Under the pieces are notes generated by a model that saw only the letters and a list, made by a program, of their open reading frames with translations, was not told the DNA's origin and searched no databases. From Promethearchaeota archaeon (lineage in GTDB: Archaea; Asgardarchaeota; Lokiarchaeia; Sigyniarchaeales; SOKP01): a DNA stretch of 24,000 bases. A program made the translations under genes and the position numbers. The DNA is taken from positions 25,285-49,284 of the forward strand of contig SDNY01000009.1 of assembly GCA_004524535.1 (NCBI GenBank), given 5' to 3'. Positions 8,112 through 16,237 of this stretch are shown one piece after another; positions within the stretch are counted from its first letter, which is position 1; each line of letters starts with the position of its first letter.

Positions 8112-9131
8112 TTGACATATGAAAAGAAAAAAGAGTCAGATTTATTTCAGAACTTAACGATGCAAAAGAAAGAACTTAATGAAGCAAAAGAAAGAATTTC
8201 GGAGGTTACAAAAGAATTAAATGTGTATAAGAATAAAGAAACAGAATTAAATGGTAAGATTCAAGAACTTCAAGCTGGAACTCAAAAATTTCAAGCAGAA
8301 ATTCAAAAACTCCAAGCTGAAATTGAAATTTCAAAGGAAAAAGTAAAAAATTTAGATCTCTTAAATGAGAGAATTGATTCCTTAGAAAATGAAAAGAGTA
8401 ATTTAAATAAGAAATTAGAATTAAAAGAAAAAAAAATTGAAGAATTACTTCAAGATAAGGAGATTTTATTAAAAGAAAAATCTGACATATTAGAAAGTAA
8501 AAATGAAATTTTAGAGCAAGTAAAAAAAAAAGAATTAGAATTACAAGAAAAAGAGCAAAAACTTGAAGATTTAAAGGAAAAATTCAAACAATCAAGTTCA
8601 GACCTTCTTAGTAAAACTATGGAAATTGATAAGTTAAGAAAAAAAGACGAGAGTTTGAAAGTCCAAAATGATTTACAGAAATCCCAATTAAAAAAAAAGG
8701 AAGAATTGGAAAAAGAGTTAACTGGTGGCACTCGAGTGATTTCGAGTATAGAGGATTTATTTGAAATAATAAAAGAAGTTTTACCTCAAGCTAAAAGTAG
8801 TATAAGGCTAGTTGTACCTGATATTCAAGATATAAATAAATTTAATTTGATAGATACAATTAAGGAAATACCAAATAAAGTTAGACTAAATATTGCAGCA
8901 AAAATTGACGATCCATTAGGCGATGATCTTTCTAGGGAGTTAAGAAACTATTGTCAATTAACAAATTATTTCGAAAAAAGAATTATTGCGTTATTTGTAG
9001 ATTCCTCAATAATTTTGATTGGAATTTTTAAAGGTATGAATGTAATTGGTATTTATTCGGAATTATTAGAAATTATAGAAATATTAAAGCCAGCTATAAT
9101 GGAACCTTTCATAAAAGGTATTAAAATTTAA
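8112..9131 (+). CDS. Coiled-coil protein (about 200 aa of heptad-rich helix) with a C-terminal globular domain of unknown function
   Basis: The ORF track start is TTG at 8112, 11 nt after a GAGGTG Shine-Dalgarno-like site (8095-8100). The first in-frame ATG is at 8160 and has no SD. The N-terminal two-thirds are K/E/L/Q-rich with heptad periodicity. The C-terminal ~135 aa (GTRVISSIEDLFEIIKEVLPQAKSSIRLVVPDIQ...) have an alternating beta/alpha character. Confidence 0.75.
   Translation: MTYEKKKESDLFQNLTMQKKELNEAKERISEVTKELNVYKNKETELNGKIQELQAGTQKFQAEIQKLQAEIEISKEKVKNLDLLNERIDSLENEKSNLNKKLELKEKKIEELLQDKEILLKEKSDILESKNEILEQVKKKELELQEKEQKLEDLKEKFKQSSSDLLSKTMEIDKLRKKDESLKVQNDLQKSQLKKKEELEKELTGGTRVISSIEDLFEIIKEVLPQAKSSIRLVVPDIQDINKFNLIDTIKEIPNKVRLNIAAKIDDPLGDDLSRELRNYCQLTNYFEKRIIALFVDSSIILIGIFKGMNVIGIYSELLEIIEILKPAIMEPFIKGIKI
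8268..8330 (+). repeat. Three in-frame 21-bp tandem repeats inside the coiled-coil gene, encoding LQAGTQK / FQAEIQK / LQAEIEI
   Basis: cttcaagctggaactcaaaaa (8268-8288), tttcaagcagaaattcaaaaa (8289-8309) and ctccaagctgaaattgaaatt (8310-8330). Each unit is one heptad. Confidence 0.7.
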
Positions 9132-9148
9132 ACCTCTCATTCTTGATT

Positions 9149-9156
9149 AAAAAAAA
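9149..9156 (-). terminator. Oligo-T tract (T8 on the minus strand) 22 nt downstream of the Trm5-like stop, in a convergent intergenic region
   Basis: aaaaaaaa on the plus strand at 9149-9156. Candidate archaeal oligo-T terminator for the minus-strand tRNA-modification operon. Low specificity in AT-rich DNA. Confidence 0.3.
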
Positions 9157-9177
9157 TTCATTTTATGTAATTTCTTT

Positions 9178-10332
9178 TTAATTATTTGATTTTATTAATA
9201 AATCTAGTGCAATTAAATCTGATTTTGGTGAATATGATTTAACAATTTTAGCATTGAGCTCTTTCTCAACAAACCAGTTTAATTCATTTAATTTTGATTT
9301 TAGATTTTTTAGAGATTTTTCAATTTGTTTAGGTTTTTCACAAAATTGATAATTATGTAGAATTCCGCCAGTTTTCTTCATTAAAAAGCAGACTACATCT
9401 GTGTACTCTAATGATTTTTCAGGTAAATTCATAATTATTCTATCTGCTTTGCCTTTTAACGACTTTCCTAATTTATTTGAAGGATCAAGAAGGCTTTTAA
9501 TGTCTAAATTATACGGAATAACCTTACCTTTCATTTTATTTAATTTAATATTTTCCATAATATAATTAAAGGCATCCGGATTAATATCAAAAGAATAGAT
9601 AATGACATTATATTTCTTAGCAATCTGAATTGAAATAGGACCAACTCCTGCAAATAAATCAACGATAATTTCATTTGGTTTAATATTGCTTGAGGCAATT
9701 CTTCGCCTTTCAAAAATTAATCTTGGTGTAAAGAAAGTACGTTTTACATCAAGTTTAAAAATACATTTATTCTCCTTATAGATTATTTCGGACTTATTTT
9801 CACCATATAAAAGAGTTAATTCTCTTATTCTATATTTTCCTTTTATTTGGCTAGATTTTTCATAGACTGTTTTAACTCTTTTATTAGTTATCGTTATTGC
9901 TTTTGCTATTTTTTCTTTAAATGAATTAATTTCTTCTTTATCGTAGGAGCCAGATTTATCATATTCAATTATCGCTATATCGCCTAGTATATCATAAGAT
10001 TTCGGAATTAGAAAAAGATATCTATCTGGAATTTTATTTTTTAAAAAATCTTGAAGAGATTTGTATTTATATTTAGGATTTGGAATAGCTCTTTTAGAGA
10101 CTAATTGAAAATCACAGGTTTTTCCAATGGATTCAATTAATTTGTCTAAAAAATCCTTATTTTCAATTAATGGGAATAAAATGTAATCATTTTCTCTTAG
10201 AATCTTATGTTTTTTATCAATTATTTTTTGATTTTTAAAATTTTTATTTAATAACTTGATTAACGTTTGTCCATTTTCTTTTTTTATTTTAAGATACTGG
10301 ATATCTTTCGTATTATTGTCTTTAATTATCAT
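9178..10332 (-). CDS. trm5: tRNA (guanine37-N1)-methyltransferase, Trm5/Taw2 (Met-10+) family
   Basis: Family motifs: SYDILGDIAIIEY, FFTPRLIFERRRI (the FSPRL..ER.R block), the SAM-binding block VDLFAGVGPISIQIAKK, and the catalytic-loop block IIMNLPEKSLEY (NLP motif). Confidence 0.8.
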   Translation of the reverse strand: MIIKDNNTKDIQYLKIKKENGQTLIKLLNKNFKNQKIIDKKHKILRENDYILFPLIENKDFLDKLIESIGKTCDFQLVSKRAIPNPKYKYKSLQDFLKNKIPDRYLFLIPKSYDILGDIAIIEYDKSGSYDKEEINSFKEKIAKAITITNKRVKTVYEKSSQIKGKYRIRELTLLYGENKSEIIYKENKCIFKLDVKRTFFTPRLIFERRRIASSNIKPNEIIVDLFAGVGPISIQIAKKYNVIIYSFDINPDAFNYIMENIKLNKMKGKVIPYNLDIKSLLDPSNKLGKSLKGKADRIIMNLPEKSLEYTDVVCFLMKKTGGILHNYQFCEKPKQIEKSLKNLKSKLNELNWFVEKELNAKIVKSYSPKSDLIALDLLIKSNN

Positions 10333-10750
10333 CGTTTACTTCAAATATTACTGAAAATTTAATAGGAGGATTTTTTAATTTTTTAATCAATTTGCGACTT
10401 AGATCATTTGATGATTTTGAACAATTAATTAAAACAGTTCTATTACAAATATAATCACTTTTTCGGAAAACTAGATCATTTTTATCTAATAAAGTTAAAT
10501 ATTTATTTCCGAAACCGAAAAATGAATCGGTTAAATTCTCAACTTTTATTGAGACCTTAATTTTTTTTTCATTTTTAATATATTTTTTTAAATTAGGATT
10601 AAGATCTATACACGACTTTGTAGCGCTAATCCCCAAAATACAGTTCCCTCTTTTCGTAAGAGAATTCTCTTTCGTCAATTCAATAGTAGTTTTATGAGTA
10701 CAGAGAATATTTTCGTGTCCATAAGCAGAAATTTTTTCCAATATCATCAT
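10322..10750 (-). CDS. DUF371 family protein
   Basis: The N-terminus AYGHENILCTHKTTIELTKENSLTKRGNCILGISATKSC matches the DUF371 signature (GHxNIxxxHxTTxEITKxxxLTxRGDCIxGVxAD) as I recall it. A FRKSDYICNRT block follows later. It overlaps both neighbours: 4 nt with the ArcTGT gene and 11 nt with trm5. Confidence 0.75.
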   Translation of the reverse strand: MMILEKISAYGHENILCTHKTTIELTKENSLTKRGNCILGISATKSCIDLNPNLKKYIKNEKKIKVSIKVENLTDSFFGFGNKYLTLLDKNDLVFRKSDYICNRTVLINCSKSSNDLSRKLIKKLKNPPIKFSVIFEVNDDN

Positions 10751-12402
10751 TTGTTTTTATCATCTTTAAAATAATGCAATAAATCTTGTAAATTGTTAAA
10801 AATTGAAAATTTTGATTCAAATTTAGATTTTAATATGTACTCTAATCCTTGAATTGGATTATTTTTAGAAAAATCAACATTTTCACCGAACTGGTTAATA
10901 TATTTTTCCGGGATTAAAACACCACATTTTTGATAATACTCAAAATTATTTTTAATAAATTCTTCAAATTTTTCTAATGAATTCTTATATAATAAATCGT
11001 CTTTTGCAGAAGAAATGATTGATTCGCATTGTCCCATTGGATAGAGTTCGGATAATTCAAGAGGGATTACTCCGTAAAATTCTGTAATAAAAACAACATG
11101 TAAGGATTCCCTAGGAATTATTATACAATTATTTATAGTTTCCAACCACTTCTTTATAGTTGGAGAATTTTTACCTTTTACATCTAATTCTGGCAAAATT
11201 ATTAGATATTTTGCTTCTTTAGGAACACGATAATTAGTTTTAAGCTTTTTTTCATATCTATAAATAATAGGTCTATTAAGGCTTTCATTAGATGCAAATA
11301 GTCTTCCGTGCTTTTTGTAAATCTTTTCATAGATTTCAAATAAATCATTATAATCTTTGATTACTTCTGTTGCTTTTATAAGATTTGGATGGTTCCTTAT
11401 TCTTTGCTCCACGAGTTCCCATAAATTTCCATTTCTTATAGCTTGTCGGATTGTTTTTAATTCAGAAAAAGAGAGATATAAATTATGTTTTGCCAACAGT
11501 TCAACTCTTAATTTTTCATCAAATGTTTTTATTTCCTTAGGATTATATTTACAGCAAATGGGGCAATGGCAAGGAAATTCTTCTAAATCCTCAAGTCTTT
11601 TTGTTCCTGTTGCTAATGTGAAGTACCGATTTTCTTTAGCGAATAAGATATATGCCGCAGAATCCATTAAATCACATCCGCACGCAACAGCTAAGGAAAA
11701 AAATTGCGGTAATCCTAATCCAAACATATGTAAGGGTTTGTCAGATACAAGATTTTTTTTCACAGTTAATAGGATTTTAAGTGTTAAATCAAATCTGTAA
11801 TCCAAGAATGCTTTTACTAATCCTCCAATCGCATATATCCCAAAATTAAGTTTGCTCATTTCAATAGTACTTAGTTTCAATAAATCAAAATATTTTGAAC
11901 CATGTATCGGTCCAAACCAGCTACAACTTTTATTTGTTCTTCTTTTAATATTATCTTTTGCTCTGCTTATTGTCGTAAGTACTTTAGTTTTAGCTGTTTC
12001 ATAATCATCGTTTAATTGGACAGGGACATCTAAAAAAACTGGAAAATCTGAGCCAATATTTTCCTGAAATTTTTCGATTGTGTCTGGATCGATATTTAAA
12101 TTGTCATTATTATACATATACTGTTGAAATGCACCGCAATCTGTCGCGATTAATCCATCAAAATCTAAATATCGATGTATCCCCTTTTTCAAGACATCCT
12201 CTTTTATTTGAGCGTTTTGATAAATGATATAAGCGTTAGTAAATAGACATTGAGCACCAAAACTTTTTAATTCTGAAGGAGTTATTATATTTTTATAAGG
12301 GTGGACAACGGGAAAGAGATTAGGGGTAATTATCTCCCTAGAACGAAATTTAATTTTTCCAATTCTGCCGAGGGCATCTACATCTATTATTTCATAATTC
12401 AT
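10747..12402 (-). CDS. tgtA: Archaeosine tRNA-guanine transglycosylase (ArcTGT)
   Basis: N-terminus GRIGKIKFRSREIITPNLFPVVHP. Catalytic Asp block LIATDCGAFQ. Second Asp block GCDLMDSAAYILFAKENRYF. Zn site CHCPICCKY ... AKHNLY. Overall length and motif order fit ArcTGT. No obvious PUA-like Gly-rich C-terminus was seen. Confidence 0.9.
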   Translation of the reverse strand: MNYEIIDVDALGRIGKIKFRSREIITPNLFPVVHPYKNIITPSELKSFGAQCLFTNAYIIYQNAQIKEDVLKKGIHRYLDFDGLIATDCGAFQQYMYNNDNLNIDPDTIEKFQENIGSDFPVFLDVPVQLNDDYETAKTKVLTTISRAKDNIKRRTNKSCSWFGPIHGSKYFDLLKLSTIEMSKLNFGIYAIGGLVKAFLDYRFDLTLKILLTVKKNLVSDKPLHMFGLGLPQFFSLAVACGCDLMDSAAYILFAKENRYFTLATGTKRLEDLEEFPCHCPICCKYNPKEIKTFDEKLRVELLAKHNLYLSFSELKTIRQAIRNGNLWELVEQRIRNHPNLIKATEVIKDYNDLFEIYEKIYKKHGRLFASNESLNRPIIYRYEKKLKTNYRVPKEAKYLIILPELDVKGKNSPTIKKWLETINNCIIIPRESLHVVFITEFYGVIPLELSELYPMGQCESIISSAKDDLLYKNSLEKFEEFIKNNFEYYQKCGVLIPEKYINQFGENVDFSKNNPIQGLEYILKSKFESKFSIFNNLQDLLHYFKDDKNK

Positions 12403-12434
12403 ATTAATTATAATTAAAATTTTTCAGTTATTTT

Positions 12435-13028
12435 TTAGTCAAAAAATTCATCTATACGGTCGTTTTGAGAGAGAATTTCAAGCCAATCTATTTTTCCGAG
12501 GATATATTTTTCTACATTAATATTATTTACAATTAAATCTATTATAATTTTTGCTATAGAGTCTATAGTTAAATTAGTAGTCTCAATTTCATACATAGGT
12601 GATTTTATTTGTTTTTGAATTAAAAAGTTGGTACAATTTCCTAGAATTTCTGCCTGTATATTTTCTCTGATTTTTTCAATGTTATATCCTCTTATTTCTA
12701 GTCTTTTATATAATTCATCTGGATTACATCTTAAAATAATAGCATAATCAATATATTTCTCAGGGATGGCATCAGAAAAGTGGCCTTCGATTAAAAGGAA
12801 ATCTATATTTTCCTTATTATATAATTCAATTAGATTTTCTACATACGGAATTAATTTATTAAAATCTACGATATGAGTTTCTCTCTTTTTATCATATTTA
12901 ACTGTTAAATTTTCTGAAACTGTGAGTTCATTTAATGAAATGATTTTAGCATTAATTTTTTCAGAAATCTTTTTTGAAACTGAAGTCTTGCCGCATCCAG
13001 GAGTTCCAGAAATTATAATAATTTTCAT
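12435..13028 (-). CDS. Fap7/AK6-type putative adenylate kinase (P-loop NTPase involved in small-subunit rRNA maturation)
   Basis: Walker A motif MKIIIISGTPGCGKTS at the extreme N-terminus. Also LLIEGHFSD, ILRCNPDELYKRLEIRGYNIEKIRENIQAEILG (the ENxxAEIL block typical of archaeal Fap7/AK6 homologues). The size, about 190 aa, also fits. Confidence 0.8.
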   Translation of the reverse strand: MKIIIISGTPGCGKTSVSKKISEKINAKIISLNELTVSENLTVKYDKKRETHIVDFNKLIPYVENLIELYNKENIDFLLIEGHFSDAIPEKYIDYAIILRCNPDELYKRLEIRGYNIEKIRENIQAEILGNCTNFLIQKQIKSPMYEIETTNLTIDSIAKIIIDLIVNNINVEKYILGKIDWLEILSQNDRIDEFFD

Positions 13029-13206
13029 TTAACAATAATTAAAAGAGAAAATTGATTAAAAAAATAATGGTTAATTAGTGTTATTATACAATACGGAAAT
13101 CCCAGACATATTCAATGCAAAGGGAGGCTATTCACAACGAGAATAATATTTTTTCTCTCATGAGAGTAATATTTTAAGCTGAAGTTTTGCAACCAGATGT
13201 GAGCAT

Positions 13207-13310
13207 TGGTGCGGGGAGGGGGCTTCGAACCCCCGACCTCACGGTTTCCAGCCGTACTTATCAAGTTACGGTTATCAGCCGTGCGCTATACCAGGCTAAG
13301 CCATCTCCGC
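13207..13310 (-). tRNA. tRNA-Ile (anticodon GAU) with a 27-nt intron at the canonical 37/38 position and a genomically encoded CCA
   Basis: Reverse complement: GCGGAGA TG GCTT AGCCTGGTA TAGC G CACGG CTGATA[ACCGTAACTTGATAAGTACGGCTGGAA]A CCGTG AGGTC GGGGG TTCGAAG CCCCC TCCCCGC A CCA. The anticodon GAT is the complement of 13274-13276. The short variable loop and A73 are consistent with Ile. The geometry matches a bulge-helix-bulge motif: outer helix 5 bp, central helix 4 positions, two 3-nt bulges, inner helix 5 bp. Confidence 0.8.
13246..13272 (-). other. tRNA-Ile intron (27 nt, position 37/38)
   Basis: Removing ACCGTAACTTGATAAGTACGGCTGGAA restores a 5-7-5 anticodon arm, CACGG-CTGATAA-CCGTG. 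The intron forms an inner helix CCGTA/TACGG. Sequence redundancy allows the exact junction to slide by a few nt without changing the product. Confidence 0.7.
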
Positions 13311-13478
13311 ACGTCGTTTTATATGATTAAAATAGTTTGTTTGATTTTAATCAATAAATTATGGCTTAATGATTAATTCTAAGTATAAATAATTAAAAAA
13401 TTTTTTGAAGAGCTTCATACCTAAATTTTATTAGGCAAAAGGATATAAATTTAAATGTAAATAAAAAGAGTGAGTTAA

Positions 13479-13910
13479 ATGCCGAATATTTTAAATTATT
13501 CAATAATAGGATTACAAGATTTTAGTATTAGCTTTGAGAGTTATTGCCGACAGTGTGAAATTCAAAGACATTGTAAATATGGAAAAGAAGAACCATTTAC
13601 TGTAAAAATTAATTGTAATGATTTAAATAGAGCTAAGGAAAAAATAAAACTCGAGCAGCTCCAAAAGCTTCAAAAGAAGGAGGATGTTTCCGTTCCTTAT
13701 GAGGACCTTATTAAAAAAGTAAAGATCAACTTGCAAGGTATATTTTCTACAATATGGAAAGACAAAATTAAATCTCATAAGGAAGAAATTAGATGTTTAG
13801 ATTCTCGAAAAGTTGATTCAATGTTAGTAGGTCAACAGGGTCAAGATTGGTGGAGCGATTTTAACTCAACAATGAAAGTTATTAACGCAGAATGCGAAAA
13901 GATTCTTTAA
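13479..13910 (+). CDS. Hypothetical protein (143 aa) with an N-terminal CxxCx5C cysteine motif
   Basis: The ORF has coding-like composition. It contains CRQCEIQRHC near the N-terminus and a central K/E/Q-rich helix. I recognise no family. Confidence 0.5.
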   Translation: MPNILNYSIIGLQDFSISFESYCRQCEIQRHCKYGKEEPFTVKINCNDLNRAKEKIKLEQLQKLQKKEDVSVPYEDLIKKVKINLQGIFSTIWKDKIKSHKEEIRCLDSRKVDSMLVGQQGQDWWSDFNSTMKVINAECEKIL

Positions 13911-14011
13911 ATTACTATTAAAACATATTTTGGTTAATTTAAATCTTAGTTTTCTAATTTCTCTGATTCAAAATATTTGTAGACTTTTAATAGTTTATTT
14001 TAAACATTTTA

Positions 14012-14638
14012 ATGATGATTTTAAACTTCAATTTAGACAGCCATAAAAATATTGGTGTAGAAGTTTTAAGCGGATTAGAAAATTGGTGCAAGGAATTTAA
14101 TGATTTTGCCTTAACTTTTTTTATTTTTTTAAAATATATTTTTGTTTTAATATTAATAACTATAGGGATATTGACCTTATTAAAATTAAAAGGAATTTAC
14201 CTTCAAGTAAGAACTAAAGATTTGGAAAAAAAGGAAGATCGTCTAAAGTATCTTCGATTATTTATGGGTTGGACATATATTTTTTTAGGTCTTGGAATTT
14301 TATTTAACTATTTAATATATTTTTTAATATGGGTATTGGAACCATTACCAGATAGATTTATATTTAGATTTTTAAATTTTCACGGAAAAATTAATCCAGA
14401 GCATATTAATAGAATAAAAGATATTAATGCTTCGAAATATCCTCATGAAAAGTCAATTTATTATTGCATTGCTATTGCTTCTTTCATTTCCACTTTAGAT
14501 TTAATTTTAAGTGTGTGGTATCTAATAAATAATAATCGTGTTATCAGTAAACCACGAGCTGTAATTATGAATTTAGTGGGGTCTGTTATGGGAGTAATAA
14601 TGTTTGGAATAACAACTTTCCTACCTTTTTTTCTATAA
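14012..14638 (+). CDS. Hypothetical integral membrane protein (208 aa, about 4 TM helices)
   Basis: Hydrophobic segments: FALTFFIFLKYIFVLILITIGILTLL, LFMGWTYIFLGLGILFNYLIYFLIWVL, IYYCIAIASFISTLDLILSVWYL and IMNLVGSVMGVIMFGITTFLPFF. Confidence 0.6.
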   Translation: MMILNFNLDSHKNIGVEVLSGLENWCKEFNDFALTFFIFLKYIFVLILITIGILTLLKLKGIYLQVRTKDLEKKEDRLKYLRLFMGWTYIFLGLGILFNYLIYFLIWVLEPLPDRFIFRFLNFHGKINPEHINRIKDINASKYPHEKSIYYCIAIASFISTLDLILSVWYLINNNRVISKPRAVIMNLVGSVMGVIMFGITTFLPFFL

Positions 14639-14701
14639 TTAGGAAAACATAGAGAAAGAATAATATTAGTGCCTTTCCAGATTCAGTTTCAATATTTATA
14701 A

Positions 14702-16219
14702 TTAGACTAAAGTACTAATAGGTTCTTCCATTTCAATATTATTCTCATCAAGGAATTTTATTAATTCGTTTCTTTGTTTCTTAAGAATTGATGTCTTAGC
14801 TAAAAATAATCCAAATCCCTCTTTCTTATTTTTTTCATATTTGTACCGGTCAATTTCTAGATGTTTTTCCACAAATAGATTTATACTGTCTCTTAAAGAC
14901 AAATGTGAGCTTGGTCTTATTGCAAATGCCCCTAGTTTTAGTGTTCTCATATCCTTCCACCATTCTGGAAAATATACTTTAGTCCCATATCTTTGATTAA
15001 GAATCTCTAATTTTTCATAATTCGCTGTTTTTGCAAACAGGTGATATAATATTGGCACGAAATTAAATAAGTCATTATTGTCTTTCTCCGCAATGTTTGA
15101 TAGATAAGTAAATGATTCTTGAATTGTTTCTCTTGTTTCTCCTGGATGATTGGAAATTAGTCCGAATGAACATTTATATTCTAAATTTTTATGAATAGCG
15201 ATAACATTTTCAAGTTGATTTAAAAAATTAGTAGGATTATGAGTCTTATTCATTATTCCCAATATTCTTTTAGAAAAAGTTTCCACTCCATAAAATTGAA
15301 ACATCTTCTTTTTTTGAAGATTAGAAATCAATTGTTCATTGAGTATATCTATTCGGGTTTCAACAAAATGATGGATAACTTCCTCATCGACTTTATATAG
15401 ATCAAGAAATTTATTTAGCCAATTTTTATTATAGCCGAAACAGGGATCGAGAAAACCATAATATTTGATGTCTTGATTAAGTCCATAATTTATTATCGTG
15501 TTTATTTCTTGGACTGCCCTTTTGGGAGTGTATGACCTCCATCGTTTAATTTTTTTACCCTTAGCAAGACTTTCTTCAATACAATAAGAACAGTTATGAG
15601 GGCACCCACGACTAAGCGATATACTTAGTCCCCTTGCTTGTGTCCTTATGTAATCTATATATTTGTCCAATAGTGTTATATCTAAAGGAGGGAGGTCGTC
15701 TAGCCTATTAAAGGGAGTTCCTTCTATAATTGTTGGAATCCTTTTTTTCTTTCTCTCGTTGGAAATCAAATGATATAGTGCACTCTCTCCCTCGCCAATA
15801 ACGACATAATCAAAAGGAGAATTGGAATAAATAAAATCATTTGGACAGCTAGAGGCATGGTATCCTCCAGAAACTATTATTGATTCAGGAAAATTATGTT
15901 GAAGATATTCAGCAATTAATTTCATTCCCAGATAATCAAAGGATATTCCAGAAATACAAATATAAGTTTTATTATCCAAGTTAAAGTCTAGTTTTGAAAT
16001 AGCATTATCTAAAACTAAATGAATTTTTTTTAGATTATTAATTGAGAGAAAGTCGCCTGAAACATTATTTTCTGCAGGAAGATATATAACATCTGTAACA
16101 ATATTATTAATTCTTGCATTTAAGTAATTTTCTAAATATATAAACCACATAAGAAGTTCGTTAGAGAGATTTTTTTTCACAAATTGAAATGGTTGGATAA
16201 AGAGGACTTTTTTTGGCAT
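14702..16219 (-). CDS. B12-binding-domain radical SAM enzyme (class B rSAM), substrate unknown
   Basis: N-terminal cobalamin-binding-like Rossmann region (KKVLFIQP ... ICISGISFDY ... IIVSGGYHASS ... FDYVVIGEGE), followed by the radical SAM cluster motif SRGCPHNCSYC (CxxxCxxC). Paralogous to the upstream gene. Confidence 0.85.
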   Translation of the reverse strand: MPKKVLFIQPFQFVKKNLSNELLMWFIYLENYLNARINNIVTDVIYLPAENNVSGDFLSINNLKKIHLVLDNAISKLDFNLDNKTYICISGISFDYLGMKLIAEYLQHNFPESIIVSGGYHASSCPNDFIYSNSPFDYVVIGEGESALYHLISNERKKKRIPTIIEGTPFNRLDDLPPLDITLLDKYIDYIRTQARGLSISLSRGCPHNCSYCIEESLAKGKKIKRWRSYTPKRAVQEINTIINYGLNQDIKYYGFLDPCFGYNKNWLNKFLDLYKVDEEVIHHFVETRIDILNEQLISNLQKKKMFQFYGVETFSKRILGIMNKTHNPTNFLNQLENVIAIHKNLEYKCSFGLISNHPGETRETIQESFTYLSNIAEKDNNDLFNFVPILYHLFAKTANYEKLEILNQRYGTKVYFPEWWKDMRTLKLGAFAIRPSSHLSLRDSINLFVEKHLEIDRYKYEKNKKEGFGLFLAKTSILKKQRNELIKFLDENNIEMEEPISTLV

Positions 16220-16237
16220 ATACTTTTCTCACGAGAT

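Noticed and set aside
8450-8731. 93-aa ORF antisense to the coiled-coil gene
   Set aside because: Shadow frame of a K/E/L-rich coiled-coil coding region. S/F-rich and implausible as a protein.
11357-11800. 147-aa ORF antisense to the ArcTGT gene
   Set aside because: It overlaps the conserved catalytic and Zn-binding region of a confidently identified gene and has no motif of its own.
13155-13166. Perfect 12-bp palindrome CTCTCATGAGAG between tRNA-Ile and the Fap7-like gene
   Set aside because: It is isolated with no second copy, and too short to interpret. It could be a binding site, but there is no supporting context.
13207-13310. Alternative isotype assignments for the intron-containing tRNA: GGA (Ser) or GAA (Phe) from shifted splice registers
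   Set aside because: A 5-nt variable loop excludes tRNA-Ser. Only the 37/38 register gives the exact 3-4-3 bulge-helix-bulge spacing. The GGCTGATAACC arm matches typical archaeal tRNA-Ile(GAU). The alternatives are kept only as a note on misfolding potential.
14008-14020. AATGATGA (C-box-like) sequence as part of a C/D box sRNA
   Set aside because: It is simply the tandem ATG ATG start of the 208-aa ORF. There is no matching D box (CTGA) or terminal stem at the appropriate distance. All other TGATGA occurrences I found are inside coding regions.
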